Assembly: GCA_038245785.1 (NCBI GenBank)
Contig: JBBRSB010000013.1
Coordinates: 32,001-96,000 of the forward strand
Length of the DNA: 64,000 bases
Source: Gloeobacterales cyanobacterium
GTDB taxonomy: Bacteria > Cyanobacteriota > Cyanobacteriia > Gloeobacterales > PMM-0068
Direction: 5' to 3'
In this document: in pieces, positions 49,758 to 60,299 of the stretch
Numbering within the stretch: position 1 is the first letter of the stretch
Layout of the letters: the number at the start of each line of letters is the position of its first letter
Program-made: the position numbers and the translations under genes
The notes under the pieces: generated by a model
Seen by the model: the letters and a program-made list of their open reading frames with translations, nothing else
What the model was told of the DNA's origin: nothing
Databases searched by the model: none

Positions 49758-50750
49758 TTATTTTTGCACTGCTTCAGTTAGGGCCCTTTTTTGTTCAGCA
49801 GTTTCAAGACTACGAGCACGGAGAAGAGAAGCAACAACGGCTATGGCTAATACAGCAGCAATCACACCCAAAGAAACAGGAGTAGGTATCTTGTAGATGT
49901 CAATCATCGTCATCTTGACGCCGACAAAAGTAAGAATGACTGCTAGACCCATTTTCAGATAGTAGAACTTATCAATAACTCCTGCTAAGACAAAATACAA
50001 AGATCGCAAGCCCAAGATAGCAAAGACATTAGAAGTATAGACAATAAAGGGATCTTGGGTGACAGCAAAGATAGCAGGGATAGAGTCTACTGCAAAGACC
50101 AAGTCAGTCGTTTCTACCATGATCAAGACGAGAAATAATGGCGTTGCCATCAATTTGCCAGCATGACGGACAAAGAAATGATCATCTTCATAGTTTTTTG
50201 TGACTGGAATTAGCTTGCGCACCAATTTGATCACAGGATTACTTTCTGGATGTAGCTCTTCATCTTTATGGGTGAACATCTTGATACCCGTGAAGATCAA
50301 GAAAGCGCCAAAAACATAGATAATCCAGTGATATTCCTTGAGTAGCGCAGCCCCAGCAAAAATCATGGCGGCGCGCATCACCAGAGCACCAAGGATTCCC
50401 CAGAATAGAACCCGATGCTGATAGGCTGCAGGGACGGCAAAATAACCAAAAATCAAGGCAATGACGAAAATATTATCAACACTAAGAGACTTTTCGATTA
50501 AATAACCTGTCAAGAAAGCTAATGCTGCTTCACTATTGGAGTAACTGCTACCTGGAATTAAAGTATTCCAATAAAAATAAATCCCTGCATTAAAAGTGAG
50601 CGCCAAAGAAATCCAGACCACACTCCAGACCGTAGCCTCTTTCACCGAGACCACATGCGATTTGCGGTGAAAAACTCCCAAGTCGAGGGCCAACATACCC
50701 AATACAAAAACGTTAAACCCTACCCAAAGCCAAATGCTCTCCGTTCCCAT
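49758..50750 (-). CDS. TerC/Alx family membrane protein (probable Mn export)
   Basis: GYLIEKSLSVDNIFV, QHRVLFWGILGA, ETTDLVFAVDSIPA, SNVFAILGLRSLYF. Confidence 0.95.
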   Translation of the reverse strand: MGTESIWLWVGFNVFVLGMLALDLGVFHRKSHVVSVKEATVWSVVWISLALTFNAGIYFYWNTLIPGSSYSNSEAALAFLTGYLIEKSLSVDNIFVIALIFGYFAVPAAYQHRVLFWGILGALVMRAAMIFAGAALLKEYHWIIYVFGAFLIFTGIKMFTHKDEELHPESNPVIKLVRKLIPVTKNYEDDHFFVRHAGKLMATPLFLVLIMVETTDLVFAVDSIPAIFAVTQDPFIVYTSNVFAILGLRSLYFVLAGVIDKFYYLKMGLAVILTFVGVKMTMIDIYKIPTPVSLGVIAAVLAIAVVASLLRARSLETAEQKRALTEAVQK

Positions 50751-50814
50751 GACCTATACTCCTTCTTCTCGAGTTAGGCCGTGAGGGTGCTAGAAAACCC
50801 CACGGCAGTTACGT

Positions 50815-50932
50815 CGTGGTGGTCTTGCCAGTAGTGTAAAAAACACGTACGCCTAGCCGGAAGTTTCCTTCGTATTGACGACTAAACGACCCATCAGGAA
50901 ATTCCTGAGTTGGGTGGCTACTCCCCATCCAA
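50815..50932 (-). promoter_or_regulatory. yybP-ykoY (Mn2+) riboswitch
   Basis: Minus strand GGGGAGTAGC ... CGTCAATAC ... GGCAAGACC signature elements in the leader of a TerC/Alx gene. Confidence 0.85.
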
Positions 50933-51106
50933 GAGAAAAGCATTTTTATGCTTCTTTACAATTTTAGCTCAGGACCCTAGTAGGTTGAGGGCGCTATTCT
51001 CTATTTACTTTATAGATTTTTATCTATGCTTCAAGGGGCGCGGCCCTATAGACTATATGTATGCCATAAATACAGTAATCTATGGTCATTCCTCTGTGCT
51101 CAAGCT

Positions 51107-51985
51107 ATGCGTCTACGCACTACCTTTCTCTGGCTCATGACCCTACTCGTGGCTTCTCCAGCCTGGGCCTATCGCCCTCTAAACGGTGTTTCTCAAAATA
51201 CAGCCAGTGCCCCCGTGATTACGCGTTCCGTCTCAACAAGCCTTGCTGACAAAGATGGAAAACTGGACTCCAACTGGGATACGACTATTGTGCTAGAGCA
51301 GAAAGATGCTCGTGAGGTGGCACGAGTAGACGTAGCCTTTTCTTTACTGGGTAATCAAAATCGAACCATCCTAGTTCGCCGCGTGGTTTTACAGAGAGAT
51401 AATCCTTGGAAGAAAGGAGAGCAATGGGAATATCGTCTCCAGCAGACCCATCTGGGCTGGCCAGGTGAAACTACAGTCGTGCAAGTCGTCTCGGTCGCTT
51501 TTACGAATGGAGAGACCTGGGATAGTCCGGAGAAGCCAGAACCAAAACTACAAGATGTGACTCCCGATGAAAAAGAAAATGCCACAGCGCCGGGAAATAG
51601 CCCAAACTCCACCTATGTTCCACCCATAGTTTTGCCCAGTGGGAGCGGAGGTACAGCAGGTAGTCCATCTTCAGGTGCAGGATATGTCCCTCCTGTGCGG
51701 CCACGGGTATCCCCTGCTAGACCTTCCGGTGGGTTCTCTCGAACAGCGCCTACTACTACCCCACCTCCAGTACCATCACAGGCTCAACCCTCTGCGATTC
51801 CAGGGGTCTCTACTCCTGGATCAACGAGTAGCCCAAGCATTGGCACAAGCCCAAATACGAGTCCACCGCCACAGAATAATCCTTTTCCTGGAATAATTCT
51901 CCCAGGAAGTAGCACTCCAGTCCCTTCTACAACAACATCACCCAACCCAAAAGGCTCACCAACGCCTGAAGAACTGATGCGCTGA
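51107..51985 (+). CDS. Secreted hypothetical protein with Pro/Ser/Thr-rich C-terminus
   Basis: Signal peptide from ATG 51107 (ASPAWA); low-complexity tail. Confidence 0.7.
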   Translation: MRLRTTFLWLMTLLVASPAWAYRPLNGVSQNTASAPVITRSVSTSLADKDGKLDSNWDTTIVLEQKDAREVARVDVAFSLLGNQNRTILVRRVVLQRDNPWKKGEQWEYRLQQTHLGWPGETTVVQVVSVAFTNGETWDSPEKPEPKLQDVTPDEKENATAPGNSPNSTYVPPIVLPSGSGGTAGSPSSGAGYVPPVRPRVSPARPSGGFSRTAPTTTPPPVPSQAQPSAIPGVSTPGSTSSPSIGTSPNTSPPPQNNPFPGIILPGSSTPVPSTTTSPNPKGSPTPEELMR

Positions 51986-52079
51986 GCCATTAGACGTAGG
52001 TTGCAGAGAAATAAGAATCTGGTGCTGATTGCGCTATATTACGCTCATTTTCTGCCGCATTTTCTCAGTTGGACTTAGC

Positions 52080-52406
52080 CATGACTATGTTGCCAGTCGA
52101 TTCAACCTAGCTTCTCTGGCTGGACAAAATATTCGTTTCCGCTTCCGTTAGGCTAGCGATTCGGTGGTTGCTAGTACTGGTTGGAATGTGGATGATGTTC
52201 GAATCTATACCTGTAGCAGCACACAGCCCAAACCAGCAGCGCGTGGGGATTTCAATAAGGATGGTCATCCAGATTTGCTCTGGCGAAATAAAGCAAATGG
52301 AATCAATGTTATTTGGCATATGAGTGGGGAGGGCAGTAACTATACCTCTTATGTCAATCCTCCGACCGTGGCAGACACCAACTGGGAGCTCATTGCGCCT
52401 CGGTAA
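52080..52406 (+). pseudogene. C-terminal remnant of a secreted protein with an FG-GAP/VCBS repeat
   Basis: HDYVASRFNLASLAGQNIRFRFR*(TAG 52149)ASD...GWNVDDVRIY...GDFNKDGHPDLLWRN; no N-terminus. Confidence 0.7.
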
Positions 52407-52421
52407 ATCTCAGCCCAGTCA

Positions 52422-53063
52422 CTAATAGCCATGCTCCACCAAAAACTCCAGAGATAAGTCTGACTTCGCAGGTTCAGCTTTGGAAGCCAAGCCCATAAAC
52501 TTCTCTACATATTTACCTAGTACATCTCCTTCCAAATTCACGGGAGTACCAGGAGCCAATTGTGCTAAATTCGTTTCTTCCCAGCTATGGGGAATCACCG
52601 CTACCGTAAACCAGGAGCCATCATCCGCACAGCGAGCCACGGTCAAACTGACACCGTTCACCGCAATGCTACCTTTAGGTACAATGTAGCGCTGTAACTT
52701 TTTACTTTCAAAAGTCAATTCCCAGCTATTCCCCGTCTGTTCATTGGTTAGCAGGCACCCTAAACCATCAATGTGGCCCGTAACAAAGTGGCCTCCGAGC
52801 TTACCTCCGGCGCGCAAGGCAGATTCTAAATTGACCTGTGCTCCCCGCGTTTTATAACCCAACGTTGTGCGGCCCAAGGTCTCCGGAGACATGCTGGCCT
52901 TAAAAGAGTTGGCATCGTAGGCCACTACCGTCAAGCAAACACCATCCACAGCAATGCTGTCCCCGAGCGAAATATCGCTTAGGACAGCATGGGCGCTGAC
53001 TTCCACAGTCTCCGACGTGATCTCTTGAAGAACCCCTAGCTCCTGAACGATTCCTGTGAACAT
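52422..53063 (-). CDS. ribE: Riboflavin synthase (alpha chain)
   Basis: MFTGIV, GDSIAVDGVCLTV, GGHFVTGHIDG, KGSIAVNGVSLT. Confidence 0.97.
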   Translation of the reverse strand: MFTGIVQELGVLQEITSETVEVSAHAVLSDISLGDSIAVDGVCLTVVAYDANSFKASMSPETLGRTTLGYKTRGAQVNLESALRAGGKLGGHFVTGHIDGLGCLLTNEQTGNSWELTFESKKLQRYIVPKGSIAVNGVSLTVARCADDGSWFTVAVIPHSWEETNLAQLAPGTPVNLEGDVLGKYVEKFMGLASKAEPAKSDLSLEFLVEHGY

Positions 53064-53118
53064 AGCAAACCAGGATAGTGAATCAATAGGCTTTGTGGAC
53101 TAAAGTAACTTTAGTCTA

Positions 53119-53334
53119 TTAATGCCGACTGACCTTATCTGCATCTAACTCTTTCAATCCCCAAGCCAGTGCTTCTAAGAATGGAGAATGGGACATCATC
53201 TCCAGAAGATCATCTTCCTGAACTTCATAACCAACCTGTTCTGCTGCTTCCCGGACGGTCTTAAGCGCTTTAGGGTCTCCCTGCCATGCCTTGATGGCAT
53301 TATCCATTGCAAGTGCGATGTAGCTTGTAGTCAT
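53119..53334 (-). CDS. Small hypothetical protein
   Basis: 71-aa ORF with AGGAG upstream. Confidence 0.6.
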   Translation of the reverse strand: MTTSYIALAMDNAIKAWQGDPKALKTVREAAEQVGYEVQEDDLLEMMSHSPFLEALAWGLKELDADKVSRH

Positions 53335-53494
53335 CTCAATGACTCCTTAGATCCTAGGATCTCAAAATCTAGTTGATGGTAGAAAACACGAATCCCGCTC
53401 GTTCGTCATTTGCTATCTCAGCATAATAACGAGCATATTTTTAATAGCACTCCCCGCCTACATTCTAGCCAGTCTAAAAGTTTGCGCAAGAGAG

Positions 53495-53524
53495 AAAAAA
53501 ACCTGCCCATATTGGGCAGGTTTT
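53495..53524 (-). terminator. Rho-independent terminator of ftsH
   Basis: AAAACCTGCCCA-ATA-TGGGCAGGTTTTTTT on the minus strand. Confidence 0.85.
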
Positions 53525-53543
53525 CGACTACTTACAAAATCAA

Positions 53544-55385
53544 TTAAGCAACGGCAACGCTCTGGCGATGCGCTTCAATAATCTCTTCCATTTCAGCCGC
53601 ATCTACCGTTTCCTTCTCCATAAGAGCATCGGTAATTTTGTGCAAGAGAGGAAGATTGTCACTAAGCACTTGACGAGCACGGCGGTAAGCCTGGTCAATG
53701 AGCTTGCGTACTTCTTCATCAATAGCAGCTGCTGTTTCTTCAGAGAAATCCCGACCTTGGGTAAAGTCACGACCCAAGAACATATTGCCACCTTGATTAC
53801 CAAGAGCAATCGGTCCTAGACGCTCACTCATACCAAAGCGCGTAATCATCTGGCGAGCCATGGAAGCGACCCGCTCTAGGTCATTAGAGGCTCCGGTAGT
53901 AACCTCTTTCACTCCATAGATCAACTCTTCGGCAATTCTGCCGCCCAGTGCAGTAGCCATTTGGTCCATAAGCTGGGCACGAGTCGTCATCTGCTCATCA
54001 TTAGGGATAAACCAGGTGAGACCATTTGCCATACCCCGAGGGACAATGGTGATTTTTTGCACAGGGTCATGGTTAGGCATGAAGCGACCCACCAGTGCGT
54101 GACCAACTTCATGATAGGCAACCAATTTCTTGGTTTTGTCTGCGAGCAGACGAGACCTTTTCTCTGGACCGACCATGACCCGGTCAATGGCATCGTTGAT
54201 TTCATCCATTGAAATCTCGGTCAGGTTACGACGGGCAGCTAGAATAGCGGCCTCGTTCAAGAGATTGGACAAATCGGCTCCTGTAAATCCTGGGGTGCGA
54301 CGAGCAATACGCTCCAGGTCTACATTGACCAAAGCCTTGCCCCGCGCATGAACCTTGAGGATTTCTTGACGTCCCTTGAAGTCAGGACGGTCAACGACTA
54401 CTTGACGGTCGAAACGACCAGGACGAAGTAGGGCTGCATCAAGCACATCAGGACGGTTTGTAGCGGCAACGATGATGATTCCAGTGTTACCCTCGAAACC
54501 ATCCATTTCGGTGAGTAATTGGTTGAGGGTCTGTTCCCGTTCATCATTACCACCACCTAAACCAGCTCCCCGTTGGCGACCGACAGCATCAATTTCATCA
54601 ATAAAGATGATGCAAGGAGCATTTTTCTTAGCTTGTTCGAAAAGGTCACGGACGCGAGCCGCACCAACCCCGACAAACATCTCTACGAATTCAGAACCAG
54701 AGATAGAGAAGAACGGAACGCCTGCCTCTCCAGCAATTGCTTTAGCCAGCAAAGTTTTACCTGTTCCAGGAGGCCCCACTAAGAGTACTCCCTTAGGAAT
54801 CTTGGCTCCAAGGGCATCAAAGCGCTCTTGGTTCTTCAAGAAATCCACAACCTCTGCCAATTCCAGCTTTGCCTCATCAACTCCTGCCACATCCTGAAAA
54901 GTGGTCTTGGTTTGAGACTCCATCTGAACACGAGCTTTGGACTTACCAAAATTCATGGCCTGATTACCAGGACCAGACTGAGCACGACGCAGTAGGAAAA
55001 AGAGCCCACCTAAGAGCAACAAAGGAAATAGGAACGTACTCAACATAGAGAGCACTTGTCCATTGTTGCTAGGAGAACTCACCACCACATCTACGCCGCT
55101 AGTTTCCAAAATCTTGAGCAGATCTGGGTCCGCAGCGGGCAGAGAGACTGCAACGCGCGCTCCATCTTTAAGCGTAACTTCAGCCTTTGGACTATCCTGA
55201 GCAATGCGCACCATCTCCACCTGACCGCTCTTAGCTTTGTCGAGGAACTCGGTGTAGGAGATATCGGGCCGAGCATTGGATTGGGGATTGAAAAAGGTCA
55301 CGCCCAAAGAAACCACAACAATGGCCAGCAGAACGTAAAGTCCTGCGTTCCTTAAGTTGCTCTTCTTATCTTTGTTATCGCTCAC
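53544..55385 (-). CDS. ftsH: ATP-dependent zinc metalloprotease FtsH
   Basis: Two TM segments, [40 protein letters not shown]. Confidence 0.98.
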   Translation of the reverse strand: MSDNKDKKSNLRNAGLYVLLAIVVVSLGVTFFNPQSNARPDISYTEFLDKAKSGQVEMVRIAQDSPKAEVTLKDGARVAVSLPAADPDLLKILETSGVDVVVSSPSNNGQVLSMLSTFLFPLLLLGGLFFLLRRAQSGPGNQAMNFGKSKARVQMESQTKTTFQDVAGVDEAKLELAEVVDFLKNQERFDALGAKIPKGVLLVGPPGTGKTLLAKAIAGEAGVPFFSISGSEFVEMFVGVGAARVRDLFEQAKKNAPCIIFIDEIDAVGRQRGAGLGGGNDEREQTLNQLLTEMDGFEGNTGIIIVAATNRPDVLDAALLRPGRFDRQVVVDRPDFKGRQEILKVHARGKALVNVDLERIARRTPGFTGADLSNLLNEAAILAARRNLTEISMDEINDAIDRVMVGPEKRSRLLADKTKKLVAYHEVGHALVGRFMPNHDPVQKITIVPRGMANGLTWFIPNDEQMTTRAQLMDQMATALGGRIAEELIYGVKEVTTGASNDLERVASMARQMITRFGMSERLGPIALGNQGGNMFLGRDFTQGRDFSEETAAAIDEEVRKLIDQAYRRARQVLSDNLPLLHKITDALMEKETVDAAEMEEIIEAHRQSVAVA

Positions 55386-55489
55386 TGTATAAAACGCCCC
55401 CTGACAAATAGTTGATCAGCAAGTATTAAGTTTTTTAACCTTATCTCTCATAGTAGAGCTTCGAAGCCCTCCCTTCAAGATTAGCTGCC

Positions 55490-56341
55490 TCAAAGTTTGG
55501 ATGCCCCATGAAACCACTGCAGAAGTTTGTGCATGGGCCTCAAGTCTTCGAACGTTCTGAACGCGTTCAGAACTTCACCTCCTTCCGAAAACGTTGTGTC
55601 AATGATCCCGCGCACGGGCAGGAGTTCCACCACGCTGTTGCAATACCCAAGCGCTTGGAAACTGCTTTGGCGTTCTGGGGTGAAGGAAACTACAGCATGG
55701 GGAATTTCTTCATCAGTCAATTTGGCAAGTAGCTGCTGCCGAAAAATGCCAGCAAGACAACCCTCAGCGGGAGGTGTCAAATACTGGCTCCCATCCCAAG
55801 CCCAAAGGTTGCCCCGACTGGTTTCTAACCAAATTCCTACCTCTGTCAGCAAGGCTTCCTGTGCACCGTAAGCTTCAGCTTTGCGCAGTGCCTGAAACGA
55901 TACGAGGTAATTGCCTGTTTTTAAATGAGACCAACTCCGGCCTCCCTCCACAGATAGCAGCATCACACCGTTTTGCTGTTTCTTCTCTAGATCAGGCGGC
56001 AGCTCACGTCCTGTTACCAACGCTCTGCCATCCGATAGGAGTGTAATCCGCAAGACAGCATAGCGAGCAGCCAGCGTCTGTACTCCAAGGTTTACCTGGT
56101 CCCAGGATGGAGCGTCCCATCCCAAAGTCCGAACCTGGCTCTCTAGACGATGAAGATGTTTTTCCAACGCTGTCACAGGATGTTTCGGATTCTGCTGATA
56201 GATCCTAAGGGTGGTAAATACCGTGGCTCCATAGAGAAAGGCCGGATCGTCAATCGTCAGGCCCAAGGTATTTCCGGCAAATAGTTGCCCCATCCACCAA
56301 TACTGATGGACACAGGAGTGTCGTGGGTACATTAACGTCAA
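55490..56341 (-). CDS. Aminotransferase class IV (4-amino-4-deoxychorismate lyase-like)
   Basis: DPAFLYGATVFTTLR, HLKTGNY, LETSRGNL, LAGIFR; start uncertain. Confidence 0.85.
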   Translation of the reverse strand: MTLMYPRHSCVHQYWWMGQLFAGNTLGLTIDDPAFLYGATVFTTLRIYQQNPKHPVTALEKHLHRLESQVRTLGWDAPSWDQVNLGVQTLAARYAVLRITLLSDGRALVTGRELPPDLEKKQQNGVMLLSVEGGRSWSHLKTGNYLVSFQALRKAEAYGAQEALLTEVGIWLETSRGNLWAWDGSQYLTPPAEGCLAGIFRQQLLAKLTDEEIPHAVVSFTPERQSSFQALGYCNSVVELLPVRGIIDTTFSEGGEVLNAFRTFEDLRPMHKLLQWFHGASKL

Positions 56342-56362
56342 TAGTTCTCGTTCTATTTTGCT

Positions 56363-57982
56363 GTGAATGTTACTTCGATTCTTCTGAAAGCCCTCAAGAG
56401 TGATGCCTATGCAGTGCGCTTAGAAGCGGTGAGGGCTTTGGGGGCTATCTACAGCAACCTTTCCTTGAAAGAAGAACGAATCGTTACTAAAGCTTTGCTG
56501 GCTTTGACAGAAGATCCAGACCCAGAAGTTAGAGCTGCTGTTTTGCCTTTGCTAGGTCCAAAGGCGCTTAAGGTGTTGCTGAAACACTTAACAGACCCCG
56601 ATCCATCCGTGCGTGATGCCTCAGTATCAGCGTTAGGTCAAGGAGGAGAAGAACTGCTTCCTGTCCTAGTTGAGCTTTTAAGCAGTCGGCATTCGGTAGA
56701 GCGCAGCGGTGCAGCGCGTGCGCTGGCGGATATGAAAGACCGAGCGATTATTCCGCTCTTGGAACAAGCTCGCTATGAAAATCCCCAAGTTCGCGCAGCG
56801 GTATCCTATGCGCTAGGCCGTATTGATTCTTGCCAATGCTCTCAAGCTTTGACCACGCTCTTAGCCGACTCCAAGGTGGAGGTTCGTCTGGCTGCGGCTA
56901 GAGGGATCGGAGATGGAGGGCATCTACTCTTTGCTCCACTCCTCTTAGATCATATTTATGACCTGAGTCCTCGGGTGAGGGCTGCTACTGTGCGCTCCCT
57001 GGGCATCTTGGGATATCAGGAGATCCTGCCTGCGTTGCCCAGTCTGTTCAAAGACCGGGAGTGGCTGGTTCGTGAAGCGGTTGTTACCGCACTGAGCCGT
57101 TTAGATGGACAGGCCTACAGTGAGATTTTGGTAAAGGGCTTGGCCGATCCGATTGCGGCTGTTCGTGAATCCAGTGCCCATGCTTTGAAGCAACTAGATT
57201 TGTTTGAAGAGGTTGCTCAATCGCTTTCCGGATTGAATCCAGAAGCCCAGGAAGTTCTTAGCCAACAATATGGCTGGTTGAGCGCTCCAGAAACAGTTCC
57301 ACAATTGGTTTGTCTGCTGACAGAAAAGGTTTGGAGTGGGCGGGCCAAACAGCTCAGTAATTTATTACCTCGAACCTTGGGCAAGCACGGAACGCTGGAG
57401 AGTCCCCATGCCGCTATGCCCGAATCAACGACAAACAGACAAGAACCCTTGCCGGAGTTGGCGGAGCTTGTCACAGAACTGGTGCACACGCTGAAACAAA
57501 GCCCTGTAGTTCAAAAGCCTATTATCGCTACGGTCCTGGGCCAAATCTTAAGTCAGGGAGTATGCCCTCCAGGTGTTATAGAAGTCCTGAGCGACACGCT
57601 TGCTGAACTGAGTTTACCTTGGTCTACCCGTCTGGCGTGTGCCCGTGCTCTAGGGCAAGATCCATCTGGTCAAGCCATGCCTGCTTTGCAGAAAGCCTTA
57701 ACACAGCAACCAGAACCACAGGTGAGAGCAAGCATCTTGAGTAGTCTAGGCCGTTTGGGCATCCAGGCCAGTTTTGACTGCATACGTCAAACCTTGGATG
57801 ATCCAGAACCCGTAGTCCAGATAGCGGCGATTGAAGCGTTGGGATGGCTTGGGGACGCCAGAGCTCTGGAAGACCTAGTTGCTTTTGTCTCCTCGGGCTT
57901 ACCTGAAATCCAGGTAGCCGCCTGTAGAGCAATAGCACGCATCTTTTCTGCGCCTCATCAGCAGACTATGATCCACGAATAG
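56363..57982 (+). CDS. HEAT-repeat (PBS-lyase-like) protein
   Basis: Many D.dp.VR.aA..ALG repeats. Confidence 0.88.
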   Translation: MNVTSILLKALKSDAYAVRLEAVRALGAIYSNLSLKEERIVTKALLALTEDPDPEVRAAVLPLLGPKALKVLLKHLTDPDPSVRDASVSALGQGGEELLPVLVELLSSRHSVERSGAARALADMKDRAIIPLLEQARYENPQVRAAVSYALGRIDSCQCSQALTTLLADSKVEVRLAAARGIGDGGHLLFAPLLLDHIYDLSPRVRAATVRSLGILGYQEILPALPSLFKDREWLVREAVVTALSRLDGQAYSEILVKGLADPIAAVRESSAHALKQLDLFEEVAQSLSGLNPEAQEVLSQQYGWLSAPETVPQLVCLLTEKVWSGRAKQLSNLLPRTLGKHGTLESPHAAMPESTTNRQEPLPELAELVTELVHTLKQSPVVQKPIIATVLGQILSQGVCPPGVIEVLSDTLAELSLPWSTRLACARALGQDPSGQAMPALQKALTQQPEPQVRASILSSLGRLGIQASFDCIRQTLDDPEPVVQIAAIEALGWLGDARALEDLVAFVSSGLPEIQVAACRAIARIFSAPHQQTMIHE

Positions 57983-58423
57983 CGCCGATGTAACTATCTG
58001 TAACATTTCTCATATTGACTCACTAGGCCAAAGGAAGACCAAAGGCTAAAGAGTTATGAGGAATGGAGATCAAGTGTTACTATCAGCTCCTATGTTCATT
58101 TGTTCCTGTTATTTTCTCAAGAGGGGATCACCTGAGAGCAGGGTTTTCACCATTTAGAATACTTAAAGAACCTCGCCTGTATTTCCTTTTGTAAAGCGAA
58201 CCTGTACCCTGCAGTAGGGCTCTAAAACCTTGAAACTTAGATGGGATAGATATTAGGAGATATAGGATTTCTATCAAGCCGTCTGAATGTTCAGAGTGAA
58301 CATTAAGTTTTTTGTAAAATCGGAACCACCGAAAAATAATCCTATATCGTTGTGTTCACGCGGAAGTGATCCCGATTACTTTCTGTAATTTTAGCCTTGC
58401 CCACCTCTACCGTGGATAAACCT

Positions 58424-58657
58424 ATGAACCTCACAGAACTCAAGTGCAAGCAAGTCCAGCCCCTGCCCGATACGCGGAATCACCGTGGACAGTTTGTTGC
58501 TGAGGAGGAACACACAGTAGTCTCGGTGCTTCCCAATGGATGGGTCAAAATTTGTACAGAAGTCGGGCCAGATCATGAGGCTGGGTGCCACTTAGTAGAT
58601 CCAGATGACCTGCATTTACTGCTACAGCAGCCAGAGAATCCCTATTGCTATCTCTAA
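58424..58657 (+). CDS. Small hypothetical protein
   Basis: 77-aa ORF from ATG 58424 in an otherwise empty gap. Confidence 0.5.
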   Translation: MNLTELKCKQVQPLPDTRNHRGQFVAEEEHTVVSVLPNGWVKICTEVGPDHEAGCHLVDPDDLHLLLQQPENPYCYL

Positions 58658-58664
58658 AAAGTCC

Positions 58665-59525
58665 TTAGGGGCCAGAAGAACCGCTTGATAAAAAAGAATA
58701 GGTAAGTTCCAGAAAGTCTTTGGGCTTTTCTAGGAAGCTAAGATGTCCCGCTCCAGGTAGTGTCCGCAAGACCGCCTGGGGCATGTTTTTTTCTAAGCGC
58801 GTTCCAAAAAGAGGAGAAATGACACGGTCTCCTTCTCCCCAGATGATCAGCGTGGGCGTGTAGATATTTTCATACATATCTACCAGCACTTTTTCTGACG
58901 GCCAGCGGATAGAACGAAGAATAGCTTGTCCTCCTGAGAACATGGCGCGGCAGTCTGGGTCTAAACCCTTTAGAAAAAGCTTTATTTCTGAGGGTCTTAA
59001 AGGAGTGTCTCGATGATAATTCGAGCGCAGCACGGCTCGTGCGTATAGGTCGCGGGGAATGAGCGGGGCACAGAGGATAATACCCTCACCCAAGCCAGGC
59101 ATCGCTAACCATTTTGTACCACCAGGAAAAGGCATGGGATAGCAGGCTGGGGCTGCTAAAACTAGACGATGGACACGCTCCGGATATTGGGAGGCAAAAG
59201 ACAGTGCTACGGCTCCTCCCAAAGAAGCTCCGAGCAGAATAACTTCTTGCCAGCCGAAGCTATCTAATAGGTCCCGCAGCTGTTCTACCATCTTGGGCAG
59301 CACCTCGCCGTCGACCATATTTCCCCGCTTCTCAGAGAGGCCGCATTCTAGTAAATCGTAAGCAAGGACCTGATAATGTTCTGCAAGCCGAGTACTTACA
59401 TAGTTCCACAGATTTAAAGTGGACATCAAACCATGAATTACCACTACCGGAGGGGCTTTTGCTGTCTTTCCTACCCTCTGGTAATGAGTTCGATAGCCTG
59501 CTGCATCAAGAAAGGTAAACATCAT
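58665..59525 (-). CDS. Alpha/beta fold hydrolase
   Basis: IHG oxyanion motif, GASLGG nucleophile elbow, WGEGD, GH. Confidence 0.92.
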   Translation of the reverse strand: MMFTFLDAAGYRTHYQRVGKTAKAPPVVVIHGLMSTLNLWNYVSTRLAEHYQVLAYDLLECGLSEKRGNMVDGEVLPKMVEQLRDLLDSFGWQEVILLGASLGGAVALSFASQYPERVHRLVLAAPACYPMPFPGGTKWLAMPGLGEGIILCAPLIPRDLYARAVLRSNYHRDTPLRPSEIKLFLKGLDPDCRAMFSGGQAILRSIRWPSEKVLVDMYENIYTPTLIIWGEGDRVISPLFGTRLEKNMPQAVLRTLPGAGHLSFLEKPKDFLELTYSFLSSGSSGP

Positions 59526-59622
59526 GGATAAATCTTGGACAAACTATATGCAGTGTAGGAAAATTTTGTTACGCTACAGCTAGTGAAAAGAAGCTGTACG
59601 TTTTCCCCCTCAAAGTATGACT

Positions 59623-59650
59623 AAGGCCGGATATTTCCGGTCTTTTTTTT
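59623..59650 (+). terminator. Orphan Rho-independent terminator (candidate sRNA 3' end)
   Basis: AAGGCCGGA-TATT-TCCGGTC followed by T8, with no plus-strand gene upstream. Confidence 0.7.
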
Positions 59651-59733
59651 GTCATAAGTCTGACACTATAGAATATTGGACTTGCTGTATACAACGATAG
59701 CAATACCTTTTATTGAGTGCTCAAGGAGATGCT

Positions 59734-60282
59734 ATGGACCTCAAAGATGCTGAAGACCGGATGAAGAAAGCCGTAGAGGCTGCTTCTCACAACTTCAATA
59801 CTATTCGCACAGGGCGTGCCTCTGCCAGCCTTTTGGACCGAATTATGGTCTCCTACTATGAGGTTCCGACCCCTCTAAAATCTTTAGCAACCGTAACCAC
59901 ACCCGATAGTTCTACGATTTTGATTCAACCCTTTGATAAATCCGTGATGCGCGATATCGAACGGGCCATTGCTGAATCGGACGTGGGCCTGACGCCCAAC
60001 AACGATGGGTCTACAATTCGACTCAATATCCCTGCACTCACGCAAGAGCGCCGTAGGGAATTGGTCAAAACGCTCAACACGCTGGCGGAAGAGAGCCGAG
60101 TCGGGGTGCGCAATATCCGTCGCGATGTCATTGACAGTATTCGCAAACAGGAAAAAAATGGAGAACTCTCGGAAGACACAGCCCGTGACCAACAAGACCA
60201 AGCACAGAAGCTAACGGTCAAGTACACAGAGCAAGTTGATAAACTCTTTGCCGCTAAAGAGCAGGAAATCATGAAAGTCTAG
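59734..60282 (+). CDS. frr: Ribosome recycling factor
   Basis: [43 protein letters not shown]. Confidence 0.97.
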   Translation: MDLKDAEDRMKKAVEAASHNFNTIRTGRASASLLDRIMVSYYEVPTPLKSLATVTTPDSSTILIQPFDKSVMRDIERAIAESDVGLTPNNDGSTIRLNIPALTQERRRELVKTLNTLAEESRVGVRNIRRDVIDSIRKQEKNGELSEDTARDQQDQAQKLTVKYTEQVDKLFAAKEQEIMKV

Positions 60283-60299
60283 CAAGTGAGGTTGAGCAC

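Noticed and set aside
20859..50750. A tellurite-resistance (ter) operon
   Set aside because: The two TerB-like genes and terC are far apart and unlinked, and terC has a Mn riboswitch.
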